From positions 89,900,001-89,964,000 of the forward strand of contig JAGIQG010000009.1 of the NCBI GenBank assembly GCA_024679065.1: a stretch of 64,000 bases of DNA, written 5' to 3'. Shown here piece after piece: positions 1 through 13,500 of this stretch. This DNA comes from Sphyrna mokarran (taxonomy: Eukaryota). The notes below the pieces were generated by a model, which was not told where the DNA came from, searched no databases, and saw nothing but the letters and a program-made list of their open reading frames with translations. A program made the position numbers and the translations under genes. The stretch's first letter is position 1. The number at the start of each line of letters is the position of its first letter.

Positions 1-3000
1 GATGCAGTTTCTAACCACTTCATTACTTCATTGATTCTTGGGTAACTATTTGGAGGAGGGGTAAGAAGCAATTGGGTAGACAATCCCCTGGGGCTGTTCC
101 CCTCCAAAACAAATTTTCTGTCTTGGAGGCTACAGTTGAGGAAGAATCAACTGGAGATGACCAAAGGGAGCAGGTCTCTGGGGGTGAGCCTGCTGAGAAT
201 GCTCAGGTGGGTAGGGGGAAAAAGAGATTGGGCCTAGTAATTGGAGACTCCATAGTTAGAGGGACAGATAGGAGAGTAAATAGTAATAAATGTGACTCAG
301 GGCTGGTGTGTTGCCTCCCAGGGGCTGGGGTCCAGGATGTCACAGATCTGGTTTTTAAGATTCTTAAGGGAGAGGGGAGTCAACCCCAAGTCATTGTTCA
401 TGTAGGGACACATGATATAGGAAGGACGAGGGAAGGGGATATTAAACAGAAATTTATGGAGTTGGGGTGGAAGCTTAGGGCCAAAACTGGCAGAGTGGTT
501 ATCTCTGGACTCTTGCCTGTGCCACGGGATAGTTTGGAGAAGAATAGAGAGAGGGAATGTTTGAACTCGTGGCTGCGGGGATGGTGCAGGAGGGAGGGGT
601 TCAGGTTCCTGAACAATTGGGACTCATTCTGGGATAGGTGGGACCTCTACAAGATAGATGGTCTACACCTGAACCAGAGGGGAACTAATATCTTGGGGGG
701 AAAATTTGCTAAGGCTATGCAGGGGGCTTTAAACTGATTCGGTGGGGGGGTGGGATCCTAAGTAGTTGGGGTGCTAAGAGGGATGAGAGTAAGGGGGTCA
801 TAGAGGAAAGCTGTAAAACACAGCAGCGTACGGGTGGGGTAGGGCATGGTTTGAAATGTGTATACTTTAATGCAAGGAGTATTCGCATAAGGGGGAGGAA
901 CATGCAGCTTGGACTAGTACCTGGAACTTCGATGTTGTGGCCATTTCAGAGACTTGGGTAGAGCAGGGACAAGAATGGATGTTGCAGGTTCCGGGGTTCA
1001 AATGCTTTAGTCGGAATAGAGAAGGAGGTAGAAGGTGGGGAGGAGTGGCATTATTAGTCAAAGACTGTATCACAGTGACAGAGAAGAAGTTTGATGAGGA
1101 CTTGTCTGTTGAGGTAGTATGGGCTGAGATTAGAAACAGGAAAGGAGAGGTCACCCTGTTGGGAGTCATTTATAGACCTCCTAAAAGTTCTAGAGAGGTA
1201 GAGGAAAGGATTGCAAAGTCAATTCTGGTCAGGAGTGAAAGTAATAGGATAATTGTAATGGGGGACTTTAACTTTACTAATATTGATTGGAATAGCTATA
1301 GCTCTAGCTCGTTAGAGGGGTCAGTTTTCATACAAAGTGTGCAGGAAGGTTTTTTTTGACTCAGTATGTAGATAAGCCAACTAGAGGTGAGGCTACATTG
1401 GATTTGGTGCTGGGCAATGAGCCAGACCAGGTGTTAGGCTTGGAAGTTGGTGAACATTTTGGTGATAGTGACCACAATTCGGTTACGTTCACCTTAGTGA
1501 TGGATAGGGATAGGCATGAAGCTGGGGGCAGGAGTTATAGCTGGGGGAAGGGTAATTATGAGGCCATCAGGAGAGAAGTAGGGTGCATAGATTGGACTAG
1601 GGAACTACAGGGACTGGGAACATCTGGAATGTGGTGCTTATTCAAGGAGCAGCTGCTGCGAGTCCTTGATAAGTATGTCCCTGTCAGGCAGGGAGGAAAT
1701 GGTCGAGTAAGAGAGCCTTGGGGTACGAAAAAAGTTGATTTGCTGGTTAAGAAGAAAAAGGAGGCTTATGTCAGGATGAGGCTTGAAGGCTCAGTTAGTG
1801 CAATGGATAGCTATAGATTAGCCAGGAGGGAGCTAAAGAGTGATTTGAGGAGAGCTAAGAGGGGACACGAGAAGACTTTGGCTGATAGGATTAAGGAGAA
1901 TCCTAAAGCTTTCTTTAGATATGTTAAGAATAGAAGATTGTTTAGGGCAAGATTAGGGCCAGTCATAGACAGCAGTGGGAAGTTGTGCGTGGAGCCTGAA
2001 GAGATTGGAGAGGTACTGAATAAATATTTCTCTTCGGTATTCATGCAGGGTGATGTAAATGTAGTTATGGAGAACACTGAGGTACAGCGTAGCAAACTGG
2101 AAAGTATCGAAGTAGATAGGGAGGATGTGCTAGATATTCTCGAGGGTTTGAACTGGGCCGGACGGGATTTACCCTAGGATTCTCTGGGAGGCAAGAGAGG
2201 AGATTGCAGAGCCTCTGGCTCTGATCTTCAGGTCGTCGTTGGTTACGGGTGTGGTTCTGGAGGACTGGAGGATAGCGAATGTGGTCCCATTGTTCAAGAA
2301 GGGGAAGATAGACCTTCCAGGGAATTATAGGCCAGTGAGTCTTACTTCTGTTGTGGGCAAAGTATTGGAGAGAATTATTAGGGATAGGATTTATAGTTAT
2401 TTAGAGAGAACTGAATTGATTGGGGATAGTCAGCATGGTTTTGTGAAGGGTAGGTCGTGCCTTACTAACCTCATTGATTTTTTTGAAAAAGTGACTAAAG
2501 AGGTGGATGGGGGTAAGGCGGTTGATGTGGTATATATGGACTTTAGTAAGGCGTTTGATAAGGTGGCCCATGGAAGACTGCTGCAGAAAATGCAGATGTA
2601 TGGGATAGAGGGTGATTTAGCTAATTGGGTTAGGAATTGGCTAGCAGATAGAAGACAGAGGGTGGTGGTTGATGGGAGATATTCATCTTGGAGTTCGGTG
2701 ACAAGTGGTGTACCTCAGGGTCTGTTTTGGGGCCCCTGCTGTTTGTAATTTTTATAAATGATCTGGATGAGGGTATTGAAGGATGGATTAGTAAATTTTC
2801 AGATGACACTAAAGTCGGTGGAGTGGTAGATAGTGAAGAGGGGTGTTAGAGTTTGCAGAGAGACTTGGACAAGTTGCAGAGCTGGGCCGAGAGGTGGCAA
2901 ATGGAGTTTAATGTGGAAAAGTGTGAGGTAATGCACTATGGCAGGAATAATAAATGTGTAGAGTATAGGACTAATGGTAGGATTCTTAGTAGTGTTGATG

Positions 3001-3691
3001 AACAGAGGGATTTTGGTGTGTATGTGCATAGATCCCTGAAAGTAAGCAGTCAAGTCGATAAGGTTGTTAAGAAGGCATATGGAGTCTTAGCTTTTATTTG
3101 TAGGGGGATTGAATTTCGGAGCCGCAACATCATGTTGCAACTGTACAAAACTCTAGTGCGGCCGCACTTGGAGTATTGTGTGCAGTTCTGGTCCACACAT
3201 TATAAGAAAGATGTGGAGGCATTGGAGAGGGTACAGAGGAGGTTTACCAGGATGTTGCCTGGTATGGAGGGCAGGTCTTATGAAGATAGGCTGAGGGATT
3301 TGAGGTTGTTTTCGTTAGAAAGGAGGCGGCTAAGAGGGGACCTAATCGAAACATATAAGATGATTAGAGGTTTAGATAGCGTGGACAGTGATAGCCTTTT
3401 TCCTAGGATGGAGAAAGCTAGCACAAGGGGACACAGCTTTAAATTAAGGGGTGATAGTTATAGGACGGATATCAGAGGTAGGTTCTTTACCCAAAGGGTG
3501 GTTCGGGAGTGAAATGCCCTGCCTACAGCAGTTGTAGATGCACCAAGTTTGGTGGCGTTTAAGAGGTTAGTTGATAATTATATGGAAGAGAAGGGAATGG
3601 TTTAGTTTGGAGGGGCATTGCTTTTTATATTGGTCGGCGCAACATCGAAGGCCGAAGGGCCTGTTCTGTGCTGTAATGTTCTATGTTCTAT
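1..3691 (+). mobile_element. CR1-clade LINE (HER1-like), longest copy: ORF1 esterase/SGNH domain (72-737) and frameshifted ORF2 APE endonuclease + RT, 5' end probably outside window
   Basis: ORF1 motifs GDS, HVGTHD, DGLHLN. ORF2 motifs SETW, GDFN, SDH, NYRPVSLTS, DFSKAFD, GVPQG. TGTTCTA-repeat 3' tail. Confidence 0.95.
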
Positions 3692-3923
3692 CTGTGCATT
3701 GAAGTTTCAGATTGCACATTTGAGCATATCTGGTACAGGACTGGTTTAACCATCACCATCAAATCTGGTTGGACCCCATCTTTCCTGTGGGATTCAATCT
3801 TTAACACCGACCTATTAATCACTTCAGGATTGTCATGGGGAATAAGGATGGGTACTACTCTAGTATAAAATATCTTTTTAAATCCCTCTCCTCTGTCTAC
3901 CTCCCACTGAGCTCCTTGTCACT

Positions 3924-4867
3924 GAACATAGAACATAGAACATTACAGCGCAGAACAGGCCCTTCGGCCTTTGATGTTGCGCCGACCAATTAGGAAAAAG
4001 CAATGACCCTCCAAACTAAACCATTCCCTTCTCTTCCATAAACTTATGTACTAACCTCTTAAACACCACCAAACTGGCGCATCTACAACTGACGCAGGCA
4101 GGGCATTCCATACCCTTACCACCCTCTGGGTAAAGAACCTACCTCTGACATCCGTCCTATAACCACCACCCCTTAATTTAAAGCTATGACCCCGCGTGCT
4201 AGCTTTCCCCATCCTAGGAAAAAGGCTATCACTGTCCACCCTATCTAAACCTCTAATCATCTTATATGTTTCAATAGGTCTCCTCTTAGCCACCTTCTTT
4301 CTAACGAAAACAACCTCAAATCCCTCAGCCTCTCTTCATAAGACCTGCCCTCCATACCAGGCAACATCCTGGTAAACCTCCTCTGTACCCTCTCCACTGT
4401 CTCCACATCTTTCTTATAATGTGGGGACCAGAACTGCACACAATACTCCAAGTGCGGCCGCACTAGAGTTTTGTACAGTTGCAACATGACGTTGCTGCTC
4501 CGAAATTCAATCCCCCTACCAATAAAAGCTAAGACTCCGTATGCCTTCTTAACAACCTTATCGAATTGATTGCCAACTTTCAGGGATCTATGCACATATA
4601 CACCAAGATCCCTCTGTTCTTCAACACTATTAAGAGTCCTACCATTTGCCCTATACTCTACACATTTGTTATTCCTGCCAAAGTGAATTACCTCACACTT
4701 TTCCACATTAAACTCCATTTGCCACCTCTCGGCCCAGCTCTGCAACTTGTCCAAATCTCTCTGCAAACTATAACACCCCTCTTCACTTCTACCACTCCAC
4801 CGACTTTGGTGTCATCCACAAATTTACAAATCCATCCTTCAATACCCTCATCCAGATCATTTATAAA
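3924..4867 (-). mobile_element. 5'-truncated young CR1 LINE
   Basis: (TAGAACA)n tail on the + strand at 3924; RT C-terminal ORFs 4257-4766 and 4051-4293. Confidence 0.95.
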
Positions 4868-4989
4868 TGATGAATATATAAATGGTGTTAACCATGAAAT
4901 CATGATTAATCATCTGGTTCTATTTCTTGCCCCCCATCCCATTAAGTGAATTCCACCCCCAACACACACACAATCAGCCTGCACTAAAC

Positions 4990-5700
4990 TTGTAGCTTTC
5001 TCTAGATTCTCTATCATTTCATCTAATTTCTTCCCCAAGTTCATCTTGTCTGAGAAACCCATTCCTTGTTCACTCATACCCCTTTCCCATCTGACTGCTG
5101 CTCATCTAATTTCCTTACCTGGTACTGTGTTCACTGAAAGTGTTGATAATTCTACCCCCATCACGTCTACTGTATTCACCCCCTCTTCACAAAACACAAC
5201 TTTTCTTGACCTTGCAAACCACTGCTCCATCTCAAACCTCTTTTTCGTATCACAATCACTCAACCTGTTGTCACTTCCTGAATCAATCATCATCTTTTCA
5301 ACTGTGTATTGGAATCCACTCCCTCCCCCACCTGATTTCTGCTCCTACCACAGTACTGAAACAGCCCATATCAACATCATAAAGATCATCCTCTGTGACT
5401 GTGATCAGGATGCAATATCCCTTCTCAAATCCAGCCTTCCAACACCATCCTTCTCCAACAGCATCCTGATGATCTGCTCAATGATCTGCCCCACTCTTTC
5501 TTATTTGATCATGAGTGAAGCATCTTTAGCAGAAGCCCAGTGCTACTGAATCACACTCATCATGAATCTCCAAAGAATCTTTCACTTTTGCCTCATCCTT
5601 TTCTATTATCAGTTAGCTTCAACATTCATGCTGACATAAATATCTACCTCCCTGATATGTGTAATGATTCCTCCACTGACCCTTTATTCAGCAGATTGTT
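4990..5700 (+). mobile_element. Degraded L2-clade LINE RT fragment (further pieces near 6920-7110)
   Basis: Translation DFCSYHSTETAHINIIKIILCDCD resembles the L2 RT motif GFRxxHSTETALxKVxNDIL. Confidence 0.6.
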
Positions 5701-6129
5701 TGTTGAACTAACAGTCGTAGATCACCATCAATTTCCTCTTGTTGAATATTGGAAAGACCAAAGTTATTGGCTGGAATATTCTGGCTGTTCATGCTGGGGT
5801 GGAGCAGTGGGGGGGGATCTCCCAGCACACTTGTTGGTATATCCAGCGAGGGGTACATTCAACTGGAAATCCTGTTGACAATAGCCAGAGTAGAAGATCC
5901 TACCACAAAATATGCCATCTAGTGCATGGAAAATCCCCACCCATTGGGTGCAATCTTACCTGTGGCTCACGCCATGCTCCTGGGTTCACTGCATCCGGAT
6001 GGAAAAATCCTGCTGGCATTTAGATTCCAGTGATAAGATTCTGCATTGTGCAGAGGACCAAAGACAATCACTGATTCCATCCCTCTATTGCCTCTGGTCT
6101 TGGGTTAAATCAGACTACCTGGGGCCTTG

Positions 6130-6735
6130 AGCTGAGCTTTTGAGTTTTGACAAGTGCTGGTTGCATTTTTGCTTCTGAGTAAGAAGATTGTGGGCTTGAA
6201 GCCCACTCCAGGGTTTGAGAACAAATTTTAAGGCTGACAATCCAGTGCAGCACAAAGGGAATCACAGAATCTGTTGTTTAGATCAAATTCTTTTTGCCAC
6301 GGCCTGAGTTGTTCTCTCCAGTAGATGCAAAAGATCTTATGATAATATTTCATAGGGCCTGAGTGGGATTGTTGTCAGTGTAGACTCGATGGGCCAAATG
6401 GCCTCCTTCCACACTATGGATTCTAAGATTCTAAGGCTCATTGTTTTAGCACATAATATATTGTATAGGTGATAGTGGTATTATCAATAGACAATTAATC
6501 CAGAAAATCAGCAAATGTCCTGAAGAGTTGAGTGCCCTGGTTTCCTGGCAAACATTGATCCTGCAATGACTGTCACAGAATGTCTGGTCACTATCACATT
6601 GCTGTCTGAGAGACCAAACATTGGCGGCTGTGTTTCTGTCTTACAACAATGACTTCAAAGATGTATCTCATTGGCTGCAAAGCACTATGAGACATCTGAT
6701 AAAGATTGGTTGGAGGCTTCTGTATAACAATTATC
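6130..6735 (+). mobile_element. Deu-domain SINE (SacSINE1/AmnSINE-like), interrupted by an HE1-type SINE 3' fragment at about 6355-6435
   Basis: tRNA-like head remnant (CTTCTGAGTAAGAAGATTGTGGG...CCCACTCCAG) and Deu-like core (GGTCACTATCACATTGCTG...ATTGGCTGCAAAGCACT), recognised from memory of the family. Confidence 0.6.
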
Positions 6736-7159
6736 CATAGCCTGACCTTAATCCATCTGCAACTGGAAACCTCACTTCTAGAACTGGTACAGAAAAAGGC
6801 CATTCAGCCCATTGTGTTTGTGCTGGCTAAAATAAACTGACCAATAAATATATCAGCTGTTCAATTTAATCCCATTTTCTAGTACCTGGTCCACAGCTTT
6901 GCAGGTTATTGGCCAACTTGACTATCCCATCCTTGGCTCATATCCATCTTTCATAAACGTCAGCTCAGCCAAAAATATACCTTTCTCAAGGGAACCTCTT
7001 CAACAATGACTTTTTATTCTTCCTCTGCAGAATTACTTCTGTAGCTCCTCTGAGGATCTATCCTTGACTTCTTCCCATTTCTTATCACAATGAGTTTACC
7101 TATAGATTGAGTCTCCAATAATGAGCATCAACACAGTAAGTCATCATACTTATGGAATA

Positions 7160-9480
7160 AGAAACAAAGGACACAAGAACTGGAACAGGCCATTTTTTTA
7201 ACCCAGAATTTGCTCTGCCTTCAATAAGATCATGACTGACTGTGGCTGAAACTCCACTTTCTTGCTTTTTCCCCCATAACTCTTAATCTCTTATATTCAA
7301 ATACATATCTAATTCATATTTAACGTCCACTAAGCTTCATAGCTCATTGGGGAAGACAATTCCAAAAGCTGACAATTCTCTGCGTCTAAATGGGGACCCC
7401 TTATTTTTGAAACCATGGCCCACAATTCTAGAATCTCCTATAAAACATCCTTTCTTAACAATCCCGTTCACCTCAGAATCTTTCATGTCTCAATAGGATC
7501 ACCTCATTCTTGTAAGCCCCAATGAATATAGGTCCAACTTGTTTAACATCGCCTCAAAAGGTGACCACTTCAACTCAGGAATCAACTTAATGAACCTTTC
7601 CGATTTGCTTCCAAGGTGAGTCTATCCTTTACTATGTATAATTGTAATAAGACTCCTCTACCTTTGTATTCCCTCCCCCTTTGCAATGGAGGCCAAAATT
7701 CTAATTTCCCTAATTCACCGTACCTGTTGCTAAGTTTGTGACTTACGTACAAGAACACTCAGATCCCTCTATCAAAACAGTCTGTTTAAATCCTGTTTTA
7801 TTCTGCATGCCAAAATGGACAACTTCACACTACATTCCATCTAACTTTTTGTCCATTCAACTCATGTTGCTTTGCAGACCTATTGCATTGCCCTAAATTT
7901 GCTTTTATTCTAAGTTCACTGACAATACAAATGGTAAATAGTTGAAGCACCAACATTTATCCCTGTGGCATTCCACAAATTAGTTTGTAACCTGAACAGG
8001 ATCCATTTATCCTATTAGCCAATCCTCTGGCATCATGAGCACCATCTTACCTAATATATCTACTGATTCCCTTTTATCTACCCATCACAACATAAAACAC
8101 GACAGCACAAACAGGCCCTTCAGCCTACAAGTTGCACATATCCATACCTACTAGGCCATAGAACTATCTATAACTCAGTCTCATTAAATCCCACATACTC
8201 ATCCAGAAGTCTTTTAGAAGACCTCAGCAAGTTTGCCTCTACTGCCACTGATGACACCGATTCCACTCACTCACCACCCTCTGAGTGAAAAAAACTCTAG
8301 TGAATGGTAGCCTGGTACATATGTTTAATTCTGCTATTCTCTGGTTGCATGCTTGGGACTTTATCCTTTGTGACCCATGTAGAGTTACCTTCACCTCAAG
8401 TTCAGCACAACTCTAACCACTTGATACTATCAAAGACAGCTCAGTGACTGAGCCAGGAATCTCAGTCAGAGGTTTACAGCATGGAAACAGGCCCTTCAGC
8501 CCAACTTGTCCATGTCATCCTTTTAAAGGCCCCTAAACTCATTCCAATTGCTTGTATGTGGCCCATATCCCTCTATACCCATCATAGCCAGGTATATATC
8601 TCAATGCTTTTTAAAAAGCTAAAATTGTACCTGCCTCCACCACCACCTCTGGCAGCTTGTTCCAGACACACCCTGTGAAAAAAGATACTTTTGTATCTCT
8701 CCCCTCACCTTAACCCATGCCCCTAGTTTTAGACTCCCCTGCCTTTGGGGAAAAGATATTGACTATCTTGTCTATGCCCCCCATTATTTTATAGACCTCT
8801 AAGATCACCCCTCCACCTTCTATGCTCCAGAGGAAAAAGTCCCTGTCCTTAACTTAATTCATCATATCTCAGTACCATCTTAGTAAATTTTTACTGCACT
8901 CTCTAATTTAATAATATTCTATAAAGGGGTGACTAGAATTGCACACTATTTCAAGTCTGTCTTTACCAATGGCTTGTACAACAAGACATCAACTTCTGTA
9001 TTCAATGTTGTGATCAATGAAACCAAGTATGCCAAATGCTTTCAACACTATTTGCAACTCCACTTTCAAGGAGCTATGAACATGTACCCCTAGATCTTTG
9101 TTCTCAACTCTCCCAAAGCCCTATTAACTGATTAAATCTCACCCTCGTTTAATCTACCAAAATGCATCACCTTGCATTTATCTAAACTCCATTTGCCAGC
9201 CCCCAGCCCAATTGATCAAGGTCCTGCTGCAATTGGATCTAGCCTTCCTCACTGTTCACCATGCCACCAATCTTGGTGACATCTGCAAACTTACTAACCA
9301 TACCCCCTATATTCTCATTTGTCATTTATATTAATTTGGATAAGTGGGCCAGCATTGGTCCAAAGCACACCACTGTTCACAGGCGTCCAGTTTAACAAAA
9401 CCCTATACAAACATCCTCTGGCTTCTGTCAAGATGACAATTTTGATATCTCACCCTGGATCCTTCAATTCAAGCCTCCTC
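7160..9480 (-). mobile_element. Cluster of old, deletion-riddled CR1 3' fragments (about 7160-8060, 8090-8300, 8470-9480)
   Basis: Recognisable CR1 tails (ACAGGCCCTTCAGCC) and RT C-terminal sequence. Confidence 0.75.
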
Positions 9481-10089
9481 AGTAAAGCAGTTCAGTCAGG
9501 TTAAGTGCTCTCAGTAATAGTTTGATTTCTGGTTGAATCCAGCAGAAACTACTAGGGATGTTGATACAAATGCCCAGTTATTCTAACCCTAATTCTAGAT
9601 AGTGATAGTTATTCTTTGACTGTCCAGTTATCCATTGGTACCTCTAATTAAACAGTGGGGACAATAAACCAATTGGGATCTATTTCCAGTTCAATAGGCA
9701 CAGAGATTGGACTAGAGGCATTGCTGTAGTCTGGCTCCCACTGGTTGCTCTAGTAACCAGTTATATTTATATTGAATAATCCCCACCAAGGTGTGATCTG
9801 CTACCTCCCCACCAAGGTGTGATCATAGTCTTACAAATACCTAATTCAAACTTCTCTAACATAACCAGGTCTCTTTCCTGTGTTAATTTTGAACTGAGAT
9901 AGCTGTTAGAATGAGCACACTTCCAAGTGCACCAGCTTCTTCTGGAGAGCAGAAAAATGAAAGAATTTCTTCATTGCTCTAGTGATTTGATTGTAGAGGC
10001 CCAGGGGTGATTAATTGGGGAATGAAAAGCCCTTAAATTACTGGAGTGAATGGCAAGAGAGTAAAGCAGCAAACAGAAGTACAAATAAC

Positions 10090-10095
10090 TTTAAT
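10090..10095 (-). terminator. Candidate polyadenylation signal ATTAAA of the MHC IIB 3'UTR (about 420 nt after the stop)
   Basis: ATTAAA on the minus strand followed by a GT/T-rich tract (GTTATTTGTACTTCTGTTTGCTGCTTT). Confidence 0.5.
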
Positions 10096-10514
10096 TAAAT
10101 TGGTCCCACAATGACAAAGATTAAAATCAAAATCAGCATAAAATTGTTTACAATAAATTGGACTAGTAAATAATGTAGATTTAATCATTTACATCAAGGT
10201 TAAAGCTGAATGAACAGCAAAAAGATGCTCAAACAGGAAAGATGCAGACCTACAGCAATCAATGCTGGGTTATCACATCTGTGTGCAAGGGAGTTAGGAA
10301 GGTGTCACTCACTCCAGTGATAATAAGCTGTACACATTGTATTTAACATGATACTTCAGCTTGTTAAAAATATCCCATAACAGCAAAACAATTGCAAGTA
10401 ATCAAAAGCCAAGGTAATCACTCTGGATTCTGAGTTGGAAGAGTTAAAGGTGCATTTAAAGCTGTTCCATCCTGTTTGTTCCAAAATCTTCAATCATATC
10501 CATGAATGGGTCAG

Positions 10515-10540
10515 TTAACTGACAGCTGGACCCATCAGAC
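10515..10540 (-). CDS. mhc2b: MHC IIB exon 6 coding part ((R)LMGPAVS*)
   Basis: Acceptor TTTGTTTCAG at 10541-10550, in-frame TAA at 10515-10517, followed by non-repetitive AT-rich 3'UTR-like sequence. Confidence 0.88.
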
Positions 10541-13500
10541 CTGAAACAAAGATTCAGAGTTGGTAAGTACAGGGACCATTTTGATAGAGCTTCAGACTGT
10601 ACATGGTCAACCTGTCATTAGACTCAAAGGGCACTTGTTTGACAGACAGTAGAGCTCAATATACACAGGATTGGAAGCTTCTTTGGAATGGTATTGTATA
10701 ACAAATCAAGATTATAAACATGGAATCTTGCCTTGCAAAACTATGGTAATAGTTCCCAAGTAATCTGCCTTATTTGAACTTTTTGCAGGGATGGGACTGA
10801 TAGAAATAGGGTTGTTACATAGCATAAAGAGGTAGCCATTTTGGGTTAGGACCAGGAGACAAGAATAGCTAAGGGATGAGTAAGAGGGACATTAGAGAAG
10901 AGGTTGGAATAGAGTATTGAAAGATGAGTCATTTTCAATGTTTAGTTACTTTAAGGATGGGAGAAGTCTGTTCAATTGTTAAAGTTACACTTCTGTTCAG
11001 TGACATCTGCTTTATCTTTGACTTGTTACCTTTAATGCTTAATAAACTGAAATTGTTTAAAAAGTGTTCTTTCTTGCCATTAGTTAAGTCTAAAACCTGG
11101 TGCAATTTACAATTGAGATTACAACCAAGTGAGCTCCATAAATTAGTTCAGGTAAATAAAATAATGGTTAACAAGTTAGAGATTGAATATTTTAGTGATA
11201 ACTGCTAATGTTGCAAGTTTGGAAACTGCTAATTGACAGCAAGACTTTAAAATGAAGCACAACATTGTTATGGAGTGAATTTAGACCACTGGTCTGGGAA
11301 AGTGAATTATGCTCTGAATGCTTATTTAAAAGCAGCAATATCCAATTTAAGTGGTTAATAATATTCAATCCAAGACTCAAGCTGAGGAAGAAGTGTCTTA
11401 AACTGGAAATTTATCACCTCAGATTTTACTGTTTAATGGAAGAGTAAAGATGGACTACTATCAGTATCATTTCAGACAGATTAGCTGTGATTGAATAAAG
11501 CAGCTTCTAGGAAACTGTCAGATGCCTGTCCTTCATTCCTTTTTAATGAGGCAGAAGGAATAGATGAGGGAGAAACAGGATTTATTCTGTGAAAAGACAT
11601 TTTGCAGACTAATCAAGATTTGGAATTTGATCAGTTGCTTCTGCAGTTAGCAAGCAAAAAACTATTGTCAGTGTCCCCAAAACAGAATCCAGTTCTGGAT
11701 GAAGAGCTGTTTCTTCTGAACAATTCCCATTCACCACCACTGGTGAAACTGGTTCTCAATCACTTCTCCTTTAAGTCCTCACTTCCACCAAATAAGGTGT
11801 GGCAATGGGCACCACCACAAGTCCCAGTTATGCCCATTTCTATAGATTGTGGAGCATTCCCTGTTCAGGCTCTTTCCCACAATTCCTTTATTGATACAAT
11901 GACTACAGTGCCACTTTGTGCTCTCATCTGGACCTGGAAAAATATCAATTTTGCTTTCAATTTCCACCCTTCTATCACCACATGGTCCATCTGACACTTT
12001 CCCTTCCTTGACCTCGAGAAATTAAATGGTTCAGTATCCTTTACAAGCACTGACTACAATCTTTACACCGCACATCCTGCAAGACTCCATCCTAATGTTC
12101 CTTTGCCTCTGATGCCACTTTCCAAAATGTACTGCTGACAAGGCTTCCTTTATAGACTCAGGTTTACAGCATGGAAACAGGCCCTTTAATCCAACTGGTT
12201 ATGTTTCTAAACTCTAAGCTAATCTCAATTGCTTGCACTTGGCTCATCCCTTTCTACCCATCATATCCATCTAAATGGCTTAAAAACAAGATTGTACTTG
12301 CCTCTATGACCACCTCTGGCAGCTTTTCCAGACACTCCATCTAAAAAATTGCCCTTCTGGATATTTCTCCTTAAATCTGCACCCTCTACTTTTAGACTCC
12401 CCTATCTTTGGGGAAAGATGACTATCTAGCTGATCTGTGCCCCTTGTTTTAGATCTCTATAGATAACCCCTCAACTTCCTACACTTGAGAAAAAAGTCCC
12501 AGTCTATTCAGCTTCTAACTCAATCCATCAAATCCCAGTCACATCCTAGTAAATCTTTTTGCACTCTAGTTTAATGTCCTTTCTATAATAGGGTACCCAG
12601 AATTGCAGTGTTCCAAATGTGGCCTTGCCAATGTCTTGTACAATTAAGATGTCCCAACTCCTGTATTTAATATTTTGACCTATGAAACCAAGCATGCCAA
12701 ATGCCTTCAGCATCAGAGCTTTAATTGGAGTTTTTCTCCCACTGTGGTTGACAGGGCTCAACTATGTTGATTGAGGCATTTCTCACCTTCCCTCCCAAAT
12801 CCAGGACCTTGTCCTTGTTTTTCACTCTACCAGCCTCCACTTAAGGCTCATCTTCCACCATTTCTATCAACTCCAGCATGATGCTACCATTCACCACATT
12901 GTCCCCTCAACATCCTCTGCATTAGCATTCTGCAGGGATGTTCTCTCCAGGATATCCAGGTCCACTTCACACCCAACACCTTACCCCTGCCCATGGCACT
13001 TTCCCAATCAGAATGTGCAATACCTGCTTATCACCCTAGGGCCAAAAGGCACCTCTGCTAATCTGGTCTATTGCATTCACTGCTCCCAATGTGATTTATC
13101 TGACATAGAACATTAGTGCATTTACAGGCCCTTTGGCCCTCAATGTTGCACCAGCTAGTGGACCCTCTAACCTAAACTATTCCAATATCATCCATATGCC
13201 TATCCACTGACCATTTGAATGCCCCCAAAGTAGGTGAGTCCACAACTGCTGCAGGCAGGGCATTCCATGCTCTCACCACCCTGTGTAAAGAACCTGCCTG
13301 ACATCCATCCTATAACTACCACCTCTTAATTTAATGTCCCCTTGTGTTGGTCATCATCTGAGGAAAAAGGCTCACTATCCACCCTATCCAGTCCTTTGAT
13401 CTTATACACCTCAATTAGGTCACCATGTAACCTTCTCTAATGAAAATAACCTCAGGTCAAAGAACAAAGAGCAACACAGCATGGGAAACAGGCCCTTCGG

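Noticed and set aside
72-737. Stand-alone SGNH/GDSL esterase gene
   Set aside because: It lies directly upstream of CR1 ORF2; the esterase domain is a known part of CR1-clade ORF1.
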